Virus record (IMG/VR): IMGVR_UViG_3300009092_000002
Coordinates: 1 to 64,000 of that record
DNA: 64,000 nt
From: a virus
Taxonomy: Duplodnaviria > Caudoviricetes
Reading direction: 5' to 3' (one strand)
Shown in pieces: positions 56,803 through 64,000 of this stretch; the stretch's first letter is position 1; every line of letters begins with the position of its first letter. The position numbers and the translations under genes are program-made. The notes beneath the pieces were generated by a model. That model was not told where the DNA came from. It was given only the letters and a program-made list of their open reading frames with translations, and did not search any database.

Positions 56803-57072
56803 ATGAAGAAAGTTGATCTGTACTTGGAATCCGCTACGGATTACAGCATCACACAAGTAGATGGCGCAAAACGATCCACCATCACACCGGAACGCGCCCG
56901 CGAATTGTATGAAGCCGGTCAAGTCCGTGACCGCAATATGGCATTTGATAGACTCGCCGAATACCGCTTTGACGTAGAGGCGGTCAAATCTTACTACACC
57001 AGCATGAGTGCGCGGCGAACAGGGCAAGCCCGCACCTGGAACCCCAAGTTGGGAATTACTCAAGGGCTCTGA
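56803..57072 (+). CDS. Antisense hypothetical protein
   Basis: CAGGAG RBS, upstream TAAAAT. Confidence 0.6.
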   Translation: MKKVDLYLESATDYSITQVDGAKRSTITPERARELYEAGQVRDRNMAFDRLAEYRFDVEAVKSYYTSMSARRTGQARTWNPKLGITQGL

Positions 57073-57379
57073 TCCCCGCCGTGCGCCTCTCCGCGTGCGC
57101 GGGGCGTCTGCCGTGGTAGGCAGGGCCGGTACGAAACCCGGCAAGCCCCTGATCACTCCTCCCCTCCCGGCCGCCGCGCCCGAGACGGATGTACTTCGCC
57201 CAGATCGCCCATCGGTGAGCGCAGATTGGGCGCCCACACCTGGAAATACCAATCCGGCCATTCTATGCGAACGTCCATCGATTTCCGTTTCTCGCTAGCC
57301 GTCGCCGGAGCCGGTACGTCGCACTCGTGCGGCGAGAACGGGGTGATGTTGCGGCGGCTGCATGGGCCTAGGGGTGGTT

Positions 57380-57763
57380 TCATTGGGTGGCCTCGTTGAT
57401 TAGAGGTATCCCAGCAATTGAATTTCGGCGGTAAAATACCGTGTCGTTGATGGTTTTCAGCGGCGAGATATCGTCAGGAGCGTGGACCGATTCGAAGTCA
57501 AATATCTGACGATGCAAGTACAGGCCAGCCAGATACCTGCCCTCTCGCCGCAGCTCTCTCTGTGAGCCCTGAATGGTCACGTGAAAATAGATCCACGGAT
57601 AGTTGCTCCTTGAGAGCCCACGAATCCTACAGCGAAACCAGCCAGCATGTAATGTCTTGCTCATTGCGTAATCTCCTCCTGCCCCGTTCCGCCAAGAATC
57701 AGCCGCAGATCCGCCGTACGATCGCGATGCGGGCACACCGCCGTCAGTCCGCACGCTGGACAT
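57380..57763 (-). CDS. Hypothetical protein (start uncertain)
   Basis: ORF in replication-region operon. Confidence 0.4.
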   Translation of the reverse strand: MSSVRTDGGVPASRSYGGSAADSWRNGAGGDYAMSKTLHAGWFRCRIRGLSRSNYPWIYFHVTIQGSQRELRREGRYLAGLYLHRQIFDFESVHAPDDISPLKTINDTVFYRRNSIAGIPLINEATQ

Positions 57764-57929
57764 TTGAACCTGGCTGCGAATCGGGCATGGATATCCCCGA
57801 GCGTGTCTTCCTCGCGCACGGTCTCATGGACTTGCGCTGCGATAAGTTCCCTCATCGACGACACCTGCCCATCCCAGGGCGTGCCGAGCGTTCTCCGCGA
57901 CTGCGGGCCGAGTTTGGCGTGGGCGTTGG

Positions 57930-58136
57930 TCATAAGGTGGGTTCCTTGGGAACGCAGTGACACGTATTCCCTTTGTCGAGAAAGCGCTGATGCGTCTGCG
58001 CCGCCGTGGTGGTGAAGAATCCCGCGCGACTCGGTTGGTGGTTGTCGTGCGTCCACAGGTTGACGTTGTGGTATTTGCCGCGCTTCTCCGCAACGATGCG
58101 CCAGCCTGCGGATTCAAGCTTCTCTCGGTCGGTCAA
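57930..58136 (-). CDS. Hypothetical protein
   Basis: ATGA-coupled. Confidence 0.5.
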   Translation of the reverse strand: MTDREKLESAGWRIVAEKRGKYHNVNLWTHDNHQPSRAGFFTTTAAQTHQRFLDKGNTCHCVPKEPTL

Positions 58137-58420
58137 TCTGTCGCTCCAACGTAAAAGAAGCAGCGCTTAGTATCGAGTCCGACAATTGGAACATTCGGAC
58201 ACGCCTTGATGAATTCTTCGAGAGTGGCGCGACGGATAATCTGAGCGGCTATCGAGCCATCATCAGAAAGGTAGACGCAACCCGGCGCCATATCCTCAGA
58301 GTGAACGATATAGACATAGGGGCGTCCGTCTATTAGTTCGTCTCCCTTGAAAAAGCAGTCGCCCGACTCCGTAACATGGTCGGCCTTTTGCCGGACAATA
58401 TCACCGCGAGACAGTTTCAT
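58133..58420 (-). CDS. Hypothetical protein
   Basis: AGGA RBS before ATG 58420. Confidence 0.55.
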   Translation of the reverse strand: MKLSRGDIVRQKADHVTESGDCFFKGDELIDGRPYVYIVHSEDMAPGCVYLSDDGSIAAQIIRRATLEEFIKACPNVPIVGLDTKRCFFYVGATD

Positions 58421-58569
58421 TCCTTTTTCCTCTTCTTCCTCTTCTCGACAGCCGCCCGCTCCGTCGCGCGCTTGGCAAGCCACCGCTTGCGCTCCGACTC
58501 TGGGAAGTAGTTAGGGCTGGCGATCTGCGCGCGGAGCCAGGTGGAGTAGGGGAGGGGATGGGGGAGCAT
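58417..58569 (-). CDS. Small basic protein (50 aa)
   Basis: Manual translation MLPHPLPYSTWLRAQIASPNYFPESERKRWLAKR...; coupled on both sides. Confidence 0.45.
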   Translation of the reverse strand: MLPHPLPYSTWLRAQIASPNYFPESERKRWLAKRATERAAVEKRKKRKKE

Positions 58570-59714
58570 CACGCGGAAACCTCCAGTCCATCGAACAAGC
58601 CAGGATGCCGCCTACATGCGGGTGAGAACCAAATGCGCTCCCGTGCCGAGTTCTCGCGCCCAGATCCCGTTCCCTGACTCCCATAACCGCCACGCGCTTT
58701 CCATGCCAAGCACTCCCAGGAGTCCGGCATCTGGTGTTCACCGTCGTACCCAAAGAGCGCAATCCTTAGGAGCGGATTGTCGCCGTTGGCGATAGCCCAT
58801 TCGCGAACCACATGAGCAACAGAGCCGCTGTCAGTGCTGTACAGATCGCCAGTGCGTTCCGCTTCGTCAGCGTAAGGCGGATCTAGGAAGACTCCAGTAA
58901 TACCGAGCTTGACCGTAGGCGAAGGCCCGAGCACGCGGCTCCAATCGCCACAACAGACACGCACGCGCCGCAATCGCTCCGCTAGTCCGCGCATGTAGCC
59001 GGTGAGAAACTCTAAATCCCGCGTTCCCGAGGTGAGGTCGCTTACGCACTCGAACTCTCCCGTTCCCGCGTTCCCGAGGTGAGGTCGCTTACGGTGTACT
59101 CCCGTTCCCGCGTTCCCGAGGTGAGGTAGCTGGCGATTTACCCCTTTTCCCGCGTTCCCGAGGTGAGGTAGCTGGCGAGAGCACCATCCCGAGCCGATCC
59201 AAATACACTGTCCCCATACCCACCATCCTGCGATCTTGACATCATAAAAATCAGGCTCCGTCTTCATCCGCTCGCGAAATTCTTCCTGATGAACCAGCCA
59301 TAAATGCCGTGCGTGTTGATCCGCTTCGTTAACCGGATTGTCAGCGTGATCGGCAACGCCTTCCGGGTCACGCTGAACTGCTCTCCAGAAGTTTGCGACA
59401 AGGCAATCCAGATCGTTGACTGTTTCGATTCCCGGAGTAGTTGGTCGCCCGAGCAGCACCGCCCCGCTGCCAAAGAAGGGTTCGCAATAGTTCGCAACAT
59501 CACCGAACCGATCCCAGACGATATCCGCGACGCGGGACTTTCCGCCGAACCAAGGGAACGGTGCTCGAAGATCCTGCTGAAGCAAGCGCTTCTCCGTACT
59601 CCAGTCTTTAAGCGCCAACGTCAGGCCGTGAATGTCTGGATTCCCGCTGAGCAACTCTTGCTCGACGGCGGCAATCTCACGGTCGCAGCGCAACAGATCG
59701 TCTTTCACTCGCAC
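58569..59714 (-). CDS. Dam-like (D12 class) DNA adenine methyltransferase
   Basis: PFPWFGGKSR, EPFFGSGAV, NDLD, FLDPPY motifs. Confidence 0.9.
   Translation of the reverse strand: MRVKDDLLRCDREIAAVEQELLSGNPDIHGLTLALKDWSTEKRLLQQDLRAPFPWFGGKSRVADIVWDRFGDVANYCEPFFGSGAVLLGRPTTPGIETVNDLDCLVANFWRAVQRDPEGVADHADNPVNEADQHARHLWLVHQEEFRERMKTEPDFYDVKIAGWWVWGQCIWIGSGWCSRQLPHLGNAGKGVNRQLPHLGNAGTGVHRKRPHLGNAGTGEFECVSDLTSGTRDLEFLTGYMRGLAERLRRVRVCCGDWSRVLGPSPTVKLGITGVFLDPPYADEAERTGDLYSTDSGSVAHVVREWAIANGDNPLLRIALFGYDGEHQMPDSWECLAWKARGGYGSQGTGSGRENSARERIWFSPACRRHPGLFDGLEVSA
59018..59180. repeat. Four direct repeats inside the methylase gene
   Basis: CCCGCGTTCCCGAGGTGAGGT starts at 59018, 59065, 59107, 59149 (spacings 47, 42, 42). 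Confidence 0.9.
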
Positions 59715-59917
59715 CCCCTGAACAGCGGCAGATCATCAGGCGGCTCACCAGCCTGTCCGCGCCACTTCCTCGCGCAGGTGCCGATCAGGGAATTCGGGTC
59801 GGCGCTGAGTGCGGGATCGGCCATCAGGATTTCGGCGACCTCCGCGTTGATCTCGTCTGCGGTTTTCTGCCGGCGCTTGACGGTGGGCTCGGGGATGTAG
59901 CGGCGCTTAAAGGACAT
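59705..59917 (-). CDS. Hypothetical protein
   Basis: ORF in operon. Confidence 0.5.
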   Translation of the reverse strand: MSFKRRYIPEPTVKRRQKTADEINAEVAEILMADPALSADPNSLIGTCARKWRGQAGEPPDDLPLFRGCE

Positions 59918-60461
59918 GGGGCACCACCTTCTCGATGTCGTGCCAAGTTAAAGCGACGGCCAACGCAGCCCACAGATCCCCACTGACGCCGTAAAGCGGT
60001 CCAGGCGTAGCCTTCTTGCCTATCGCCTTCTCCTTGCCTCCAAAGCGGTCCAGGATCGCCTGACGGATATTTCCATCCTTCGCGCGGGAATCGTGGCAAA
60101 GGTGGATTTTCACTTCAAGACGCTTCATGCGACCGACGCGATCCATGCCGTAGGCTTCAGCGAATCGACCAGACCAGAAAACCGTCTCGAACGTGGTTTC
60201 CCCTACTGCCATTCCGTACGATGCGATCTGCTCGATAACAAGCGGAACGATGCGCGGACCATGCCGCCAGGAATACAGTAGGTCGATGATGTCCTGATTT
60301 GGCGCGTACCGCATCAGGTCGATACTTTCGCCGTTCCAGACAACAAGAGCGCTGTATTCGTTGCCGGGATCGATCGCAATGACGGGCCGCTGGGGAAGTG
60401 GCTGGATTGCTAAATCAGATTGCGACCGTATTGTTTCGGTACTTCGTGTTAAAGTTCCCAT
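59907..60461 (-). CDS. RuvC-like Holliday junction resolvase
   Basis: VIAIDPG, LVIEQ, KDGNIR, DLWAALAVA acidic catalytic pattern. Confidence 0.75.
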   Translation of the reverse strand: MGTLTRSTETIRSQSDLAIQPLPQRPVIAIDPGNEYSALVVWNGESIDLMRYAPNQDIIDLLYSWRHGPRIVPLVIEQIASYGMAVGETTFETVFWSGRFAEAYGMDRVGRMKRLEVKIHLCHDSRAKDGNIRQAILDRFGGKEKAIGKKATPGPLYGVSGDLWAALAVALTWHDIEKVVPHVL

Positions 60462-60556
60462 GTTCGTTAGTCATCCCCTGACTCGGACAACCCAGGCCCT
60501 CCCCATCTCCATGCGTTACCCTTGCCGGGGTAGGCAGATGGCGGGGCCTGGGGAAA

Positions 60557-61129
60557 TTAGTTCGCTTGGTGCGCTCGCAGCACCGACACCTCCACGTCCG
60601 TCAAATCCCAGGCTGCGAGCACCACCCAAGCATCTTTCCCAATGCGCTTCAACAGGTACGGATCGCGCGGAATTGCGGTCCAGTCGGCTTCCCAAAGGAT
60701 GTGGTAGTCGCTTAGCTTGTCGGCCGCCGGCCGATACTGCGGTGGAATGCGCGGAAGTTGTGCGCGAAGCGTTTCTCGCGACGAGCCGGGACGATCCTTA
60801 GTCGGCCAAGGAATCTTAAAATGCCAGTCAGCAGCATTTGAGCGGCGCTCGTTTGTAAATACAACTTCGTCCGAATACCACATGTGGCAGCGAACAAACT
60901 GCTGGTCTGCTCGCATAATAGCCAACCTCGGACGCCCACGCCCATCGATCCCGCCCCGCACGATAGCATCCTGAACGCTGATGACTTTCTTGCCCTTAGC
61001 GATGGCGCGGTAGATGCGCGTGATTTCCTTATCCAGCTTGTCGTGAACCTTCCGATGCTCGTTGTAATCGCGCAAGGCGATCAGTGCATCTTCCGGCGTG
61101 ATAGCTTCGTTCAATGGTTGTACGTTCAT
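60557..61129 (-). CDS. Conserved-looking hypothetical phage protein
   Basis: AAGGAG RBS; YHILWEADW...PRDPYLLKRIG. Confidence 0.65.
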   Translation of the reverse strand: MNVQPLNEAITPEDALIALRDYNEHRKVHDKLDKEITRIYRAIAKGKKVISVQDAIVRGGIDGRGRPRLAIMRADQQFVRCHMWYSDEVVFTNERRSNAADWHFKIPWPTKDRPGSSRETLRAQLPRIPPQYRPAADKLSDYHILWEADWTAIPRDPYLLKRIGKDAWVVLAAWDLTDVEVSVLRAHQAN

Positions 61130-61150
61130 AGTGCTCCTTTCTTACTACGA

Positions 61151-61552
61151 TCAGCGGTCATCGTGCTCCTCCCCCGCCTGAGGCTTTGCCGCGGCGCTGG
61201 TGGAGAGAGTGTAGGAAGCCCAACCTACTCGCCTCCAAGGGCCAGCCGCTAATCGGTTCACGAGTTTGTAAGACTTGGGAAATCTGGTAACCCAATCTCG
61301 TGCTATTTCTTCGCTGGACTGCTCAATAATTCGATCCGTTTCTTGTCCACCAACGATACTCAAGATTCCCCACTCCAGCCTCCCGCACTCCTGGCAGGGC
61401 TCAGGCTCTTTAGCCGTTGGTCCGCCGCTCACCGCGTCCGCTCTTACCAGCGATCGCGAGGACTCATAGCACGGCTTGCCGTTCCGATAGAATTTGATCC
61501 ACCATTTTTCGCCGCGCTGGTAGACTATGCCCGCACCGCGCCGCTTCAGCAT
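61151..61552 (-). CDS. Chimeric ORF: integrase-like N-terminal arm segment fused to unrelated sequence
   Basis: RGAGIVYQRGEKWWIKFYRNGKPCYESSRS resembles tyrosine-integrase N-termini; no catalytic residues follow. Confidence 0.5.
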   Translation of the reverse strand: MLKRRGAGIVYQRGEKWWIKFYRNGKPCYESSRSLVRADAVSGGPTAKEPEPCQECGRLEWGILSIVGGQETDRIIEQSSEEIARDWVTRFPKSYKLVNRLAAGPWRRVGWASYTLSTSAAAKPQAGEEHDDR

Positions 61553-61615
61553 GACGCCTCCGCATTTATGGAAATTGAGTGGAAAGAAAAAGCCAGATCA
61601 AATAATCGACAGGGC

Positions 61616-61635
61616 GGTTGCCGTTGACAGCAACC
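61616..61635 (-). terminator. Hairpin downstream of the att tRNA fragment
   Basis: GGTTGC-8 nt-GCAACC. Confidence 0.35.
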
Positions 61636-61665
61636 TGCATTTCCACAGATTATCTGATTGAATTC

Positions 61666-61710
61666 TGGTGAGCCGGGCGGGACTCGAACCCGCGACCCTT
61701 TGATTAAAAG
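61666..61710 (-). other. att core: 3' half of tRNA-Lys(UUU) (attP candidate)
   Basis: Minus strand CTTTTAA-TCAAAGGGTC-GCGGG-TTCGAGT-CCCGC-CCGGCTC-ACCA; begins at the anticodon loop, 5' half absent. Confidence 0.85.
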
Positions 61711-61718
61711 ACAAAATG

Positions 61719-62378
61719 TCACTGGGGTACTTCCTCATTAAACTCAATACTTTGCGATTTAAAAATGGAATTCGAGCGGAGCATTGCGTCAGCAGCCCCA
61801 GTTAGAGGGTAAAAGACGTTGGAAACGTCTGCGGCTGAGGCGTACACGATTTCTCGCCCGTCGATCACCACCGCGAGAACATCGAACTTGCCAACGTTTC
61901 GAGACACGTCGCAGAAGATGGCGCCGGACTGTTCACGGCGACCACTCTTCACCTCAACCTTGACCGTCTTCCAATCGGGGAGAATCACCAGCAGATCGCA
62001 GGGCGCTCCAGGACTCACGGCTTTGTACGGGTGTAGGCCCTTCGCGATCAGATCAGCCGTGACGATCAGCTCGGCAAGAACGCCGCGACTTTGTTTGTCG
62101 ATGCTGTTTTCGGTTGCCGCTTTCCACTCCATCGGCACAATAAAATCGACAGCGGAAATCAGCCGCAGGTTGTCGCGGATCGCGCCCTCGCGCCGCATTA
62201 TGTCGTCCAGCTTGGCGCGCGCCTCCTCTTCGGTAACCTCATCGATCCGACCGAGCATGACGCTTCGTCTGCCATCTTTCGCGCACTTTCCGGTCGCAGT
62301 GAAAAGTCCACGCCACTGATTGCCCTGCTTTGAAACGCAGCCGGTTCTCTTGCGCCCGCGTTTTTTGCGTGTAATCAA
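61719..62378 (-). CDS. PD-(D/E)XK nuclease with integrase-arm-like N-terminus
   Basis: GVLAELIV...PCDLLV...KVEVKSG; N-terminus RKRTGCVSKQGNQWRG...EEEARAKLDDI; likely TTG start 62378 after GGGAGG. Confidence 0.7.
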   Translation of the reverse strand: MITRKKRGRKRTGCVSKQGNQWRGLFTATGKCAKDGRRSVMLGRIDEVTEEEARAKLDDIMRREGAIRDNLRLISAVDFIVPMEWKAATENSIDKQSRGVLAELIVTADLIAKGLHPYKAVSPGAPCDLLVILPDWKTVKVEVKSGRREQSGAIFCDVSRNVGKFDVLAVVIDGREIVYASAADVSNVFYPLTGAADAMLRSNSIFKSQSIEFNEEVPQ

Positions 62379-62578
62379 TTCGACCTCCCGGCCCCGTTTG
62401 CAAATTCGGCCTTGGCCTGTTCGATTGCAAGAAATCCTGGACACATTTCTGCAAGGTCAGCAGTACAGGCGTCGGCGAATGTCCCCAGCTTCGCGTCGCA
62501 CCTTTTGCATATCACCGAGTCGCCGAGAGAACGCTCGACAAACGCCCTTTCATCCCGCAAGCGCTGTGACAGTTTCAT
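62375..62578 (-). CDS. Small Cys-rich protein
   Basis: CKRCDAKLGTFADACTADLAEMCPG; ATGA-coupled. Confidence 0.6.
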   Translation of the reverse strand: MKLSQRLRDERAFVERSLGDSVICKRCDAKLGTFADACTADLAEMCPGFLAIEQAKAEFANGAGRSN

Positions 62579-62826
62579 GCAGCATCCTCTTCGGCATAGG
62601 CCGCGCGTGTTTCTTCTCCATAGTTCGGCGGATCATCGACAGCGCCCAAGTGTCCAGATTTCCACTTGTCGCACCGCTGCCTCTCGGTCACATATTTCCC
62701 GGAGAATGGGCCTCCATCGACAAGACACATGGCCTCCACTGGTCCGCCGCCTCGACACTGCGCCACCATCTCGCTCCAGAAGCGACACCCTGCACAATTC
62801 TTTGTTTCACCGTATGTTCTGCTCAA
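62575..62826 (-). CDS. Small Cys-rich protein
   Basis: CAGCRFW...C...C...C; ATGA-coupled to integrase. Confidence 0.6.
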   Translation of the reverse strand: MSRTYGETKNCAGCRFWSEMVAQCRGGGPVEAMCLVDGGPFSGKYVTERQRCDKWKSGHLGAVDDPPNYGEETRAAYAEEDAA

Positions 62827-63965
62827 TTCGGCCTCCCCGTAGCCTTCTCAAGTTGTCCCCGCATTCGCTCTCGACTCGGATGCGTGTACACCGTGCTCAT
62901 TTCCGGCCGATGCCCAAGGATGCGCGACTTCTCCTCGACCGTCATCACCTGGTCCATGTTGGTCGATGCCGTGTGCCGCAGGTTATAGAACGTGAGCCAC
63001 GGCATCCCTACAGCCTTCGCCGCCGGCGTCAGGTAGCGCTTGGCGAGGTTCCCAATACGCAGCGGCTTCCCCACACTGGACACAAACACGGGCGAGTCCG
63101 GTGTGTTGAACTTCGACGCCTCGTAGAGTTCAGTAAAGGCCATCCAGGCGTCCACGGTCAAAGGGATTTCCCGGCGATGCACGTCACGCTTGGGTGATGC
63201 CTTCCAATGCCCGTTCGTGAAGCTCTCCGCGATCCTGATGGTGAAGTTCGGACCCACCAGATCAACGTTGCGCCAGCGCAGCCCGCACGCCTCGCCTGGT
63301 CGCATTCCGGTGAGCGCCAGAACGCGCACGAAACCGCGGTACCGCTCGTCGATCGCAGCGACCAGTAAATCTACCTGGTCTCGCGTGAGCGCCGTTTTCT
63401 CGGGGCGTTTGTACTCGGGGAGTCGGCAGCGTCTTGCGGGATTGCCGGTAGCAAGCCACTCGGCGTCTTCGGCAAGGTGGAAGACGCCAGAAGTAATTGC
63501 TTTAGCGAGATGGGCAGTTCTGAGACCCGCAGCAGTAATCGTTCGTTCCAGCATCCTTTGCACATCGTCCCTCCTGATCTCCGATAATCGCTTGTCGCCC
63601 AGCGCCGGCAGAATGTACCGCTTCAGAATCGACTCGTAGGAATCGCGGGTGTTCTTCTCCTTGCGGTTCAGATGCTCCGGCCGGTACTTGCGCTCGACGA
63701 ATTCGGCAAACGTGGCAGCGCTCGACGGCGTGCGGGTGTTCTGATCCAACCGCGAGAGGTAGGTCTCCCAGGCCTTGCGCCGGGCCTCACGGATGCCGTA
63801 GCCGTCCATCTGGCCGTTCTGTTTTGATGGGCAGACCACGACAGGGGCGCTCCAGCCGCGCTTCAGCTTGCCGTCAGCGCCTACCTGATCCACCTTCCAT
63901 CGAAGCTTCCACCAGCCATTTTGATTGTACAGATCACCTTTTTGCTGTAAACGTCTTCGAGCCAT
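62823..63965 (-). CDS. int: Tyrosine integrase
   Basis: TGMRPGE (R), K in KASPK, YNLRHT (H replaced by Y, then R), ILGH and TVY catalytic Tyr. Confidence 0.93.
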   Translation of the reverse strand: MARRRLQQKGDLYNQNGWWKLRWKVDQVGADGKLKRGWSAPVVVCPSKQNGQMDGYGIREARRKAWETYLSRLDQNTRTPSSAATFAEFVERKYRPEHLNRKEKNTRDSYESILKRYILPALGDKRLSEIRRDDVQRMLERTITAAGLRTAHLAKAITSGVFHLAEDAEWLATGNPARRCRLPEYKRPEKTALTRDQVDLLVAAIDERYRGFVRVLALTGMRPGEACGLRWRNVDLVGPNFTIRIAESFTNGHWKASPKRDVHRREIPLTVDAWMAFTELYEASKFNTPDSPVFVSSVGKPLRIGNLAKRYLTPAAKAVGMPWLTFYNLRHTASTNMDQVMTVEEKSRILGHRPEMSTVYTHPSRERMRGQLEKATGRPN

Positions 63966-64000
63966 ATCGTTGCAATCGTCTCCAAGGGAGGTTATACCGA

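Larger units (their letters stand above)
1..64000. mobile_element. Temperate tailed phage genome (podovirus-like; probably excised/circular form, near complete)
   Basis: TerL, portal, scaffold, capsid, ejection-type proteins, helicase, integrase and att core present; no tape measure, sheath or host housekeeping genes recognised. Confidence 0.93.

Noticed and set aside
59018-59180. Possible mini-CRISPR array
   Set aside because: Spacers are short and similar to each other, the repeats encode an in-frame peptide inside a methylase, and no cas genes are present
61666-61710. Functional tRNA-Lys gene
   Set aside because: The 5' acceptor strand and D arm are absent, so it is treated as an att core

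Overview
The whole window reads as one temperate, probably podovirus-type phage genome with no host genes. The short signal peptides cleaved before Gln suggest an Acidobacteria-like host (inference). An att-like 3' half of tRNA-Lys sits internally with phage genes on both sides, so this is most likely a near-complete excised/circular genome, though a tandem-integration junction cannot be excluded. Left to right: a divergent pair of ribbon-helix-helix regulators (0.7-1.5 kb); an FkbM-like methyltransferase moron; a long minus-strand late operon (terS ... terL, portal, scaffold, major capsid, HNH, adaptor/tail, three ejection-type proteins including a ddrB-ParB/LPD38 polyvalent protein, then fibre/adhesin-like proteins); an RNA island (tRNA-Met, tRNA-Pro, two non-canonical structured RNAs, an MBL-fold hydrolase) among holin-like membrane genes; a small serine recombinase; an AT-rich ori-like region; a hairpin-punctuated early operon; and replication/modification genes (D5 helicase, stand-alone CHC2 finger, Pol-beta nucleotidyltransferase, Dam-like methylase, RuvC-like resolvase), attP and a tyrosine integrase. 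The most striking feature is that every fibre/spike-like protein carries an apparent Sec signal peptide, one has a c-type haem motif (CAACH), and no endolysin is recognisable. This points to a periplasm-matured virion-appendage or surface system. All family assignments come from motif recognition by eye; no searches were run.
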